Positions 35,594-42,693 of a DNA stretch of 52,373 nt are shown here, piece after piece (the stretch's first letter is position 1; each line of letters opens with the position of its first letter). This stretch comes from Pseudomonas phage P7869. Location of the stretch: the sequence record PV173770.1; one strand, 5' to 3'. The translations under genes were made by a program, and so were the position numbers. Below the pieces are notes generated by a model. That model was not told the DNA's origin. It was given only the letters and a program-made list of their open reading frames with translations, and ran no database searches.

Positions 35594-36619
35594 TCACTCG
35601 TCGAATTCGACGAACTCGCCCTCGGCACTCAACTGGTACCAGGTGTCCGGCTTTACGCCGTTCTCCCCGACCTTGCTGGCGCGGATATGGATGAGGCGCC
35701 CCTCGTCGTCGCGATGGCAGAGAACGATGGCGCTGCCGGCAGACGCGCGAGCGCGGCCTTCGATACCCAGGGATGCGGCGACGGACTCCTTGCCGCTGAC
35801 CTCGGCTGCCGAGTAGTCGCCGGTGTTCGACGCTGCCGAGCGGTTGCCGGTGTTCGACGCTGCCGAGCGGTTGCCGGCGTTCGACGCTGCCGAGCGGTTG
35901 CCGGTGTTCGACGCTGCCGAGTAGTCGCCGGTGTTGCTGGCTGCCGACTGGTAGCCGGTGTTCGACGCTGCCGATTGGTAGCCGGTGTTCGACGCTGCCG
36001 AGCGGTTGCCGGTGTTCGACGCTGCCGAGTAGTCGCCGGTGTTGCTGGCTGCCGAGCGGTTGCCGGTGTTCGACGCTGCCGAGCGGTTGCCGGTGTTCGA
36101 CGCTGCCGAGCGGTTGCCGGCGTTCGACGCTGCCGAGCGGTTGCCGGTGTTCGACGCTGCCGAGTAGTCGCCGGTGTTCGACGCTGCCGAGCGGCTGCCG
36201 GTGTTGCTGGCTGCCGACTGGTAGCCGGTGTTGCTGGCGGTGTCGCCCACCACCGTCTGCTCAACCGAGCTGTCCAACCGAGCCATGATCCAGTCGATGG
36301 CTCGCGAGATCATGGTCGGCATGCTGATTTCCGCCTCCACCACCAGGGTGGCGCTGGCGATCTTGCTGTCATCGTCGTGACGGCTCAGTTGTCCCGAAGC
36401 CTTCACGATGGCGAATCGGCTGTCGCCTGGGGCGTAGTAGCCGAAGACATCAAGGGGGTACTCGCAGGAGTGGAAGCCCGAAGCACATGCCTCTACCTCA
36501 CCCTCGTGCTTATAGGTTCCGCCGATCTCGAACTGGTAGCCGCGGCAGGTCAGGTCTTGCTTGAACCCCTTGTAAGCGGTCACGACCTCTTCGGACGCAG
36601 CCTTTTTCTTGCTCGCCAT
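35594..36619 (-). CDS. Tandem-repeat protein: globular N-terminal domain + about 16 x 9-aa repeats SAASNTG(NR/DY/YQ) + C-terminal domain
   Basis: Start refined to MASKKK (GGAGAA RBS). Repeat array is in-frame with a 27-nt period. Confidence 0.55.
   Translation of the reverse strand: MASKKKAASEEVVTAYKGFKQDLTCRGYQFEIGGTYKHEGEVEACASGFHSCEYPLDVFGYYAPGDSRFAIVKASGQLSRHDDDSKIASATLVVEAEISMPTMISRAIDWIMARLDSSVEQTVVGDTASNTGYQSAASNTGSRSAASNTGDYSAASNTGNRSAASNAGNRSAASNTGNRSAASNTGNRSAASNTGDYSAASNTGNRSAASNTGYQSAASNTGYQSAASNTGDYSAASNTGNRSAASNAGNRSAASNTGNRSAASNTGDYSAAEVSGKESVAASLGIEGRARASAGSAIVLCHRDDEGRLIHIRASKVGENGVKPDTWYQLSAEGEFVEFDE
35806..36240. repeat. 27-bp tandem repeat array (about 16 copies, units differ at 2 codons; higher-order DY-NR-NR-NR periodicity)
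   Basis: Unit on the plus strand is CGGTTGCCGGTGTTCGACGCTGCCGAG. Both strands show long ORFs. The plus-strand 35687..36637 ORF is a mirror artefact. Confidence 0.8.
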
Positions 36620-36722
36620 CGCGATTCTCCGTTTTAGGTTTGCCCTGGGTTGGGCGATAGGGCGCCCGGATGGGCAAATGGGTTGGAGCTGGTGATGCCC
36701 CGGCGAACCGGGGAGGTGGTAG

Positions 36723-36869
36723 TTAGTCTGAAAATTCAATATCTAATCCATCCAGAACGGCCTGAATGATTTGCGTTAGCTGGTCATTGTCCAGGTCTGA
36801 ACAATCAAACCCGCATTCGCGAAGGCAGTCAGAGACTGCCTCTAGCTGGGATTCAGTCAGGCTAATCAT
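36723..36869 (-). CDS. Small acidic protein (48 aa)
   Basis: GAAGG RBS. ATGA overlap with the upstream small ORF. Confidence 0.25.
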   Translation of the reverse strand: MISLTESQLEAVSDCLRECGFDCSDLDNDQLTQIIQAVLDGLDIEFSD

Positions 36870-37039
36870 GCGGCAACCTTCATCGGGCTAGCAAAGACGC
36901 GTTTGTGACCCATTTTCTTAAGGCGCTTGACCAGCTTGGTTGCGGCTTTACGGTCGCGCAGCTTGCTGCTCATGACCTTGGAGTATCCGGCGCCTTCGTA
37001 TTGGTATTCGCGGATTTCATAGAGGGTTACAGTTTTCAT
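36866..37039 (-). CDS. Small basic protein (57 aa)
   Basis: GGAGGG RBS 7 nt upstream. Lys/Arg-rich. Confidence 0.3.
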   Translation of the reverse strand: MKTVTLYEIREYQYEGAGYSKVMSSKLRDRKAATKLVKRLKKMGHKRVFASPMKVAA

Positions 37040-37099
37040 CGCCTTGCCCTCCAGGGCGTGTTGACTTCTTCGATGCCCCTCTTGCGAAGGGCGTCAAGG

Positions 37100-37699
37100 T
37101 CATTGCTCAAGTTTTCTGGCGCGCTCCTCAAGAGCAGCGCAGATTCGCTTGTCATGCCTATCCAGTAACTCGTATCTCTTGACGGCTTCGCGGAGAACGT
37201 TTGCTTTCGCTGCCCTCCATGCGACATGCGCCGATTCAGGATCAGGAAAAACGCCAATTAGGAATTGCTTCCCATCACAGCCTCTAATCCGTGCCATGAA
37301 GGGGTTGGGTTTACTGCTTTGATTCCGGCTAACGCCTAATGGAAGGTCGCTTTTGCGATTTGCGGGTTCAGGGCAAAGGGCGTTTAGCCATTGCGGAATG
37401 AAGACTGAGGTCTCCGGGCAGTAGAGCTTTTCCCATGGCCTCAAAATGTCCTTGTCCAGGCTATTCCCCTGCCAAGGCTGCTCCTGCATCCAGGCTTTGA
37501 AGGCCATGAATGAGAGCCAGTCGTCTGACATTCGGCAGCCTTCGTAAGAGCGCTGACGGTATGGGCGGCCGCCGTAGCAGCGCTCGATGAGCCCGTGCCA
37601 CCTGTTGTAAAAGTGACAGAGGGCCTTCTTGCCATTCACGACAGACGAGACTTGATAGTCCGCGTCATTGATTCCGATGCCACAAACAAGGCCTCTCAT
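37100..37699 (-). CDS. Putative DNA-binding protein with C-terminal AP2-like domain and Cys/His-rich N-terminus
   Basis: KQFLIGVFPDPESAHVAWRAAKANVLREAVKRY resembles AP2/ERF-like domains found in phage HNH/regulator proteins. Confidence 0.4.
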   Translation of the reverse strand: MRGLVCGIGINDADYQVSSVVNGKKALCHFYNRWHGLIERCYGGRPYRQRSYEGCRMSDDWLSFMAFKAWMQEQPWQGNSLDKDILRPWEKLYCPETSVFIPQWLNALCPEPANRKSDLPLGVSRNQSSKPNPFMARIRGCDGKQFLIGVFPDPESAHVAWRAAKANVLREAVKRYELLDRHDKRICAALEERARKLEQ

Positions 37700-37881
37700 A
37701 AATCCTCCTCATCGCTGACTTCCCAAAGCGCCCTCGTGTGAAGGCGCTTCAGTGAAGCTTTCCCGCCGCGCTGAGCTACTGGCCTCTCGCGCGGCGTAGT
37801 GCTGTCCTCACCACTGCCGATAGCAGCTCGGACTCGATGTGTTTGGCCTTGGGCTTCCCTCGCAGCGCCTTCAATCGGCAT
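37696..37881 (-). CDS. Hypothetical small protein (61 aa), first sizeable ORF of the leftward early operon
   Basis: ORF only. Confidence 0.25.
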   Translation of the reverse strand: MPIEGAAREAQGQTHRVRAAIGSGEDSTTPRERPVAQRGGKASLKRLHTRALWEVSDEEDL

Positions 37882-37998
37882 ACAGCGCTGGTCGTCGGGG
37901 ACGGTGTTTCACTCCACGCTTGACTACAGCCCGGTGGCCTGGTGAGTAGGGCAGGTATGCGTGGGTTGCCGATCCGAACATCGGCTGGGCTTAGTGCT

Positions 37999-38217
37999 TC
38001 ATGGGCTGTTTCCTCCTATTGGTGTCATCTCGGTCGCTTCTCCTTGTCGGGGTTCGTTCCCACTCCTGCGTTTGCTTCTTTGGTCTATTGGCAGGTGACT
38101 TGAGCGACGTCGCGTGCAACGCATGGGCTTGCACGGCTGGACTGTCCGGCCCAGCTCGGGCTGCGTCTTTTGCCTCTCCCAGCGTCTCGCGACGTTGGCG
38201 CAGCAGAGGGTTCCCAA
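37999..38217 (-). CDS. Arg-rich small ORF (up to 72 aa, TTG start) immediately downstream of boxA; weak N-antiterminator-like candidate
   Basis: Very basic (RRWERQ..RRRSS..KRRSG). No good RBS. Could be a GC-bias artefact. Confidence 0.15.
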   Translation of the reverse strand: MGTLCCANVARRWERQKTQPELGRTVQPCKPMRCTRRRSSHLPIDQRSKRRSGNEPRQGEATEMTPIGGNSP

Positions 38218-38233
38218 ATTGTCGAAAGAGCGG
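38211..38233 (-). promoter_or_regulatory. boxA-like element CGCTCTTTCGACAATTTGGGAA in leftward early leader
   Basis: The minus-strand RNA would read GCUCUUU-CG-ACAAUUU. Compare rrn boxA UGCUCUUUAACAAUUU. Located about 50-90 nt downstream of the predicted PL. Confidence 0.45.
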
Positions 38234-38282
38234 TCGGCTCGGTGGCCTGGCGCTGCGTTGTTCTGCGGCGTTGAAGATAAAT

Positions 38283-38324
38283 TAGCAGTGCTGTTATTAA
38301 ATGGTCAATAGCACTGCTGATATT
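38283..38324. promoter_or_regulatory. OL-type operator pair plus leftward early promoter (PL-like)
   Basis: TTAGCAGTGCTGTTAT and AATAGCACTGCTGATAT match three related sites in the cI-cro intergenic region. TTGACC-N17-CTAATT is a sigma70-like element on the minus strand. Confidence 0.5.
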
Positions 38325-38340
38325 TTTCTTGCGCCCATGA

Positions 38341-38362
38341 AAAAGCCCGCGCTAGGCGGGCT
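38341..38362 (-). terminator. Intrinsic terminator (GCCCGC-ctagc-GCGGGC + T5 on minus strand) ending the X3 transcription unit
   Basis: Hairpin flanked by A5 on the plus strand. Confidence 0.6.
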
Positions 38363-38380
38363 TGGGAACGTCTCTGTCTG

Positions 38381-39034
38381 CTATAGGCCTGGGTAGCCTG
38401 TTGGGTCGAACTCGAAAACGCGCTCTCCTGCCTGGAAGAACTCTATGGCGATCCGGAAAGGCTTGCCCGATTTGACGATGGACTCCAATTGCTTAGCGTC
38501 CCGAACGAACATGAGGTCGCTGTCGTTGGTGGAACTGCGGACCCCGGTCCACTTTTGCGCCTTGCCTTCACCGACCCGAAGAACGAACCCGCAGTCTCGA
38601 TAACCGCACTGCATCTGCCCTTTGGTGATCTTGAGGAAGCCGTCCAGGTCTTTGCCCTTCTTGCGGAAGGTGAGGCTCAGGAACGAACCCCCTGCAACCC
38701 GATATGGGAAATCGAAGAGGGTTGACGTCTTCGACTGGAGCGTGAGCATTGTGGTTACTTCATCACTCATCGGGTCCTTGTATTCATGGCGCTCCCAAGG
38801 GGATTTAGTAGTGCTTGTGGCTGCCGATTGCGAACTGGATGGTCGCGACTGAGCCGCATCGCCGGAGGAGCCGATTCCCGTTCCAAACTGCCAAGCGATA
38901 GGCAGGACGATGAATATCACAAACAGCCAGCCGATGACGCCAACGCTCTTGGGTACCTTTGCACCGCACGATGGGCAGGCTTTGGCTTTGTTCGACACCT
39001 GGGCGCCGCATTCCTTGCATTTAATCAGGGCCAC
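38381..39034 (-). CDS. Membrane-anchored protein: N-terminal zinc ribbon (CxxC...CxxC), 1 TM, about 150-aa periplasmic domain (immunity-region gene X3)
   Basis: GTG start with GAGGAG RBS. Sequence MALIKCKECGAQVSNKAKACPSCGAKV, then TM VGVIGWLFVIFIVLPIAW. Own 213-nt upstream region and own terminator. Confidence 0.5.
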   Translation of the reverse strand: MALIKCKECGAQVSNKAKACPSCGAKVPKSVGVIGWLFVIFIVLPIAWQFGTGIGSSGDAAQSRPSSSQSAATSTTKSPWERHEYKDPMSDEVTTMLTLQSKTSTLFDFPYRVAGGSFLSLTFRKKGKDLDGFLKITKGQMQCGYRDCGFVLRVGEGKAQKWTGVRSSTNDSDLMFVRDAKQLESIVKSGKPFRIAIEFFQAGERVFEFDPTGYPGL

Positions 39035-39220
39035 GGAAAACTCCTCGATGTGTAATGGCTAGGTGATTCTATTCGGAGGGGACTGGAGAGGGTAGCCACA
39101 GTTTGGCTAGGCGGGCTCAGGATTCGGTGTCAGGCGGGGCAGCGCTGGGGCGAGTTCAGCGCCTGGGCATGGCTATCGTCAGCTCAGTGCAGAGCCGGGA
39201 AGGAAGGGCAGCTTGGAACG

Positions 39221-39242
39221 AAAAGCCCCGCGGGTGCGGGGC
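39221..39242 (-). terminator. Intrinsic terminator (GCCCCGC-accc-GCGGGGC + T4) after gene X2
   Basis: Hairpin 6 nt after the X2 stop. Confidence 0.55.
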
Positions 39243-39247
39243 TGTGA

Positions 39248-39997
39248 TCAATGTAGCGCTGGGCTGTAGTGCTTCTCGAAATCCGTCAGTCGTATCGTGC
39301 TGGCGATGTCCCCTAGTACGCTGATTTCTGCTTCGGCCCGCTCTTCTTGGCCTCGATCATCGACGATAAACAGCAACTTAAGCGGATCTTCGCTGCGGTT
39401 AATGAGAACGGCTTTCCTAAGTCGAGCGTTCACCGACTGCGCCAGAGGTCGGATTGCATCAACATAAGTATCTCCCCACAGGAAGTCGAAGGATATCTCG
39501 TTCTTCCCAATGGACACGGTAGCGTTCCTGACCAGTTGCTTCTCTGGCGCCTTGGCGCGGAGCAGCATCTCAATCTCTGACGTGAGAGAGAAGTCAGTAT
39601 CGCCCTCACTGAAACGCTCGTCTTCCCAGGCGGCGATAGCCGCAAAGAGTTTGAGGATGCGGCCACCCCATTCGGCCATATCCGATTGGAGGAACACAGC
39701 CTCAAACGATCCCGATTCGGTCAGGCTAAACCCATGCTTGATGGCTAGATTCTCTAGACCTTTCCAGTTTCGCTTATCGCCGAGCTGATACCCTAGGCCG
39801 CTGAGAGCGAACATGGTGATCCCATCGTCAGTGAACTCAACCAGTTCTCCGCGGGGGATTAGGTAGAAATCCAGAGGTTTACCACCAGGGAGCACGATCG
39901 GAGTGCTGATATAGGTGGCCATGGCTCCGCCGGCCTGGACTGCCTGACAGTGCCATCCAGCTTTAGTGAAGAACGTTGAGCAGCCGAGAGTAGCCAT
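39248..39997 (-). CDS. Hypothetical protein X2 (249 aa) co-transcribed with cI; two-domain architecture, no family confidently recognised
   Basis: ATG lies 3 nt after the X1 stop. Soluble, acidic. Confidence 0.45.
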   Translation of the reverse strand: MATLGCSTFFTKAGWHCQAVQAGGAMATYISTPIVLPGGKPLDFYLIPRGELVEFTDDGITMFALSGLGYQLGDKRNWKGLENLAIKHGFSLTESGSFEAVFLQSDMAEWGGRILKLFAAIAAWEDERFSEGDTDFSLTSEIEMLLRAKAPEKQLVRNATVSIGKNEISFDFLWGDTYVDAIRPLAQSVNARLRKAVLINRSEDPLKLLFIVDDRGQEERAEAEISVLGDIASTIRLTDFEKHYSPALH

Positions 39998-40000
39998 GGA

Positions 40001-40489
40001 TCACCCAAACAAATCATCAGTGAACGGAGCGCACAACTGACGGTGGTCATTGTCCAGGATTCTAGCGTGTCTGCGGAATCGCTCAATCCACCGATTGACG
40101 GTCGGCCCATCTAAATTGGCATGGACAATACGTGTGATCTGATCGAGCCGTGGATCGCCCAAATGGATGTGTGGTCCGAAGAAAACCACTCCATTTTCTG
40201 AATGCGAGCGCTCATGTTTGGGATAGATCTCTAGCATGAAGACCCTGCGCATCTCTCGCTGTTCTCGATACATGAGACCGTAGCTGATCCGGTCGCCCAT
40301 CCTTCCAGGGCGATATTCTCCCTTGAATAGCAAACGAGGCAGAGTGACACGGTTTTCGTCCAGTAAAGCGCTGGTCGCTTCAAGCCAACCACTGTGATTT
40401 GGCCGCTCTCCCCATTCCAGCTCTTCGGAAAGGTATTTGATCTTTTTGCACCAATCCCGGCACTCATCAAGCCAAGTGGCCTTGTTCAC
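40001..40489 (-). CDS. Hypothetical protein X1 (about 162 aa) immediately downstream of cI
   Basis: GTG start with AAGGAG RBS at ideal spacing. The ORF-track TTG extension was rejected. Motif VFFGPHIHLGDPR. No family recognised. Confidence 0.45.
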   Translation of the reverse strand: MNKATWLDECRDWCKKIKYLSEELEWGERPNHSGWLEATSALLDENRVTLPRLLFKGEYRPGRMGDRISYGLMYREQREMRRVFMLEIYPKHERSHSENGVVFFGPHIHLGDPRLDQITRIVHANLDGPTVNRWIERFRRHARILDNDHRQLCAPFTDDLFG

Positions 40490-40562
40490 TCCCTTGCTCC
40501 TTCGGCTATCTGACAACCGATCCCTTCAATTGCTCCATCACTCCCTTATGACCCGCCCATAG

Positions 40563-41369
40563 CTACAAATCCCCACCCCGCCAGATGACCTTGCCTATGA
40601 TGCGGTGCTCGTCGTTGTCTTCACGCGACAGGTTACGGTCTGGAAACTCGGCCTTATCCTCGTTGTCACTTCGGATTATCCAGCGGCCAAAAGTGGATGA
40701 AACCAGTCTCTTGACGATGGCTCCATCAGATCCAGCGAGCACGAAGACCTGGTGGTCTTCAGGCTCAATCTTAGATAAATCAACGAGGAGCACATCACCA
40801 TCGTTGATGGTGGGCTCCATGCTCTCGCCATCCGCATAAATCACGGCCAAGCTCTTTGGGCTAACGCCCTTCGCCTTGAGCCATTCCCGCTTAAAAGCCA
40901 AGGTGGCTCGAATCTCAACATGCGGGTTCTCACTTCCTAAACCGGCCGCTGCCTTGGCATCGTACTGAGGCACGAAGGCGTATCGCTCCTCGCTCAGGTC
41001 GGCAGCATCAAGACGATCCGGGAATGGCGCATTCGCGGCTTCGCGCTCAGGCGCCTTGACTCCATCTTGGTGACTGGCGCGCCTGATTCCAGAAGCCAGG
41101 GTTGGGCTCACCTCCGACGGCTCAAACTGAAGATGCTCGGCGAGCCTGACAAGAGCCTCAAGGTTAAGCGCAACGCGTCCAGTCATGTATTGACTGACGG
41201 TGCTTTGCCCGGACTTCCAGCCGCATTTTTCACCCAGCTCAGCCTGGTTCAGTATTGGATTGTCACCGCGTTCACGCGATTCCTTGACTCGCTTCTTGTA
41301 GATGGCCTGGAGGCGCTTAGCGTCGTCCAACTGGGATTGCGACAGAGGGGTTCTTACGGGCTTTTTCAT
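40563..41369 (-). CDS. cI: CI-like repressor: XRE-HTH + LexA/S24 autopeptidase domain
   Basis: N-terminal HTH (LNQAELGEKCGWKSGQSTVSQYMTG). C-terminal GESMEP (Ser nucleophile) ... KR (Lys). Divergent from cro. Start refined to MKKPVRTPL. Confidence 0.85.
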   Translation of the reverse strand: MKKPVRTPLSQSQLDDAKRLQAIYKKRVKESRERGDNPILNQAELGEKCGWKSGQSTVSQYMTGRVALNLEALVRLAEHLQFEPSEVSPTLASGIRRASHQDGVKAPEREAANAPFPDRLDAADLSEERYAFVPQYDAKAAAGLGSENPHVEIRATLAFKREWLKAKGVSPKSLAVIYADGESMEPTINDGDVLLVDLSKIEPEDHQVFVLAGSDGAIVKRLVSSTFGRWIIRSDNEDKAEFPDRNLSREDNDEHRIIGKVIWRGGDL

Positions 41370-41380
41370 CCGAGTGATTA

Positions 41381-41454
41381 AGTAGCAGAGCTGATATTTA
41401 TGCAAACAGCACTGCTGCTGTTTTGCTTGAAAAATCAATAACAGCAGTGCTAAT
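41381..41454. promoter_or_regulatory. OR-type tripartite operator with divergent PRM/PR-like promoters
   Basis: Three related sites (AGTAGCAGAGCTGATAT, AACAGCACTGCTGCTGTT, TAACAGCAGTGCTAAT). TTGAAA-N17-CTAATG points rightward. TTGCAT...TACTTA points leftward and ends about 8 nt before the cI ATG, so the cI mRNA is near-leaderless. Confidence 0.5.
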
Positions 41455-41484
41455 GTGTGTGCAGGACTCCAGCGAGAGCACACC

Positions 41485-41682
41485 ATGAAGACCGTAACCC
41501 TCATTGAATACCTGGCTGAGCACGGCACGCAGGCTGATCTGGCCAAAGGGCTTGGCGTGCAGCAGAGCGCTATCTCTCAGATGCTCCGCGCCAAGCGGAA
41601 CATAACCATCACGATCCGTGACGACGGGAAGTTGGAGGCTGTTGAAACGCGGCCGATCCCGGCGCGCAAGGCCGTTGCCTGA
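41485..41682 (+). CDS. cro: Cro-like HTH repressor (YdaS/Cro family)
   Basis: 65 aa. HTH in QADLAKGLGVQQSAISQMLR. Divergent from cI. Confidence 0.7.
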   Translation: MKTVTLIEYLAEHGTQADLAKGLGVQQSAISQMLRAKRNITITIRDDGKLEAVETRPIPARKAVA

Positions 41683-41717
41683 CCCCGACCAATCTACCGG
41701 CCGGGAGGCCACAAAGC

Positions 41718-42290
41718 ATGCGAAGCGAATCGCACACCCTGATCTCCACACTGCTCAGCGTGGTGAACCAATGGCGCCGCCGCGAAGGCTGGAGCCGCGA
41801 GACCGTGGTCCAGCACATCGTGGAGGCTCACGAACGCATCAACGCTCATATCGCCACCGGAATCGTATTCGACCCTCCCTCGCGTGATGCGATGGACAGG
41901 ATGAAGGCGAATGCCGATCGGGTGTTCCGCTGGCTGGATGACTCCACGAAGGACAACAACTTGCTTCCGGCAAATTTCCTGCCTTCGATCCTGGCCGCTC
42001 TCCCGAACGATCTGAAGATTCAGGCTTTGGGCGACCTGCTGACTCCGGTCGGGGTATCGGTTCGCCTGATCGATGGAGAGGGCGGCGAGCGGGAAGTGCT
42101 CTGCATGCTCCGATCCCTGATCAAAGAGAACGGTGAAGCACAGCAGGCAATTGCGAGCCTGGTTGATGGCGCTGATGAAGGTGAGCTGCAAGAGGCTCAC
42201 CGTGAACTCTCTGAGTCTCGCGCCGCGACAGAAGAGGCTCTGCGGATGATTGACCAGATGCGACGCAAGCCTCGCCTGGTGAGCGTCTGA
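41718..42290 (+). CDS. YdaT-like regulatory protein (cII-position)
   Basis: ANADRVFRWLDDSTKDNNLLPANFLPSILAAL parallels the YdaT family (IFRWVEKDT...). Follows the YdaS/Cro-like gene, as in ydaS-ydaT pairs. Confidence 0.45.
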   Translation: MRSESHTLISTLLSVVNQWRRREGWSRETVVQHIVEAHERINAHIATGIVFDPPSRDAMDRMKANADRVFRWLDDSTKDNNLLPANFLPSILAALPNDLKIQALGDLLTPVGVSVRLIDGEGGEREVLCMLRSLIKENGEAQQAIASLVDGADEGELQEAHRELSESRAATEEALRMIDQMRRKPRLVSV

Positions 42291-42292
42291 GC

Positions 42293-42505
42293 ATGCGCCC
42301 TCGTCTCACGAACTCTGACTACGCCGCAATGGCTAACGCTGCTGAAGAGCTGGCGGGCATGGGTTCGAGTGAGTGGAGGCGCAGATACAACAAAGCCCTG
42401 AGCGACTACTACAGGGCTTTGTCGGTGCGTGGATCGGTGGCAGCCGAATCACGCGTGGGAAAACAACATCAGGTGACAGGTGAATTATGCAACCTCGAAC
42501 GCTGA
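42293..42505 (+). CDS. Hypothetical protein (70 aa)
   Basis: ORF only. Confidence 0.3.
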   Translation: MRPRLTNSDYAAMANAAEELAGMGSSEWRRRYNKALSDYYRALSVRGSVAAESRVGKQHQVTGELCNLER

Positions 42506-42693
42506 CTTACAACGCCTTGGAGCTTCGTCCGGCGAAGAACTCCATTGCCATCTGCCAAGGTGATCAGGTCGTGACCATCACTCTGGATCAACTCCACCAG
42601 TTCACAAGCGACATCTGCATCCTCGCCGCATCGATGCGGGAAGACATGCGTGGCCCGCTGGACGATGACAAAGGAGAAGGAAATGTCGAATAG
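42487..42693 (+). CDS. Hypothetical protein (68 aa)
   Basis: ORF only. Confidence 0.3.
   Translation: MQPRTLTYNALELRPAKNSIAICQGDQVVTITLDQLHQFTSDICILAASMREDMRGPLDDDKGEGNVE

Noticed and set aside
35806-36240. Possible CRISPR array because of regular 27-bp periodicity
   Set aside because: Units are contiguous with no spacers, in-frame and coding. No leader and no cas genes are present.
35687-36637. 316-aa plus-strand ORF full of VAGVRRCRA repeats
   Set aside because: It is the mirror-image reading of the 27-bp tandem repeat array. The repeats are stop-free in several frames. The minus-strand gene has an RBS and globular flanking domains.
40490-40516. TTG-initiated 9-codon extension of X1, and TTG-initiated long form of cI (41370..41546)
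   Set aside because: Internal GTG/ATG starts with strong, correctly spaced RBSs are far more plausible. For cI, the extension would also run through the OR operators.
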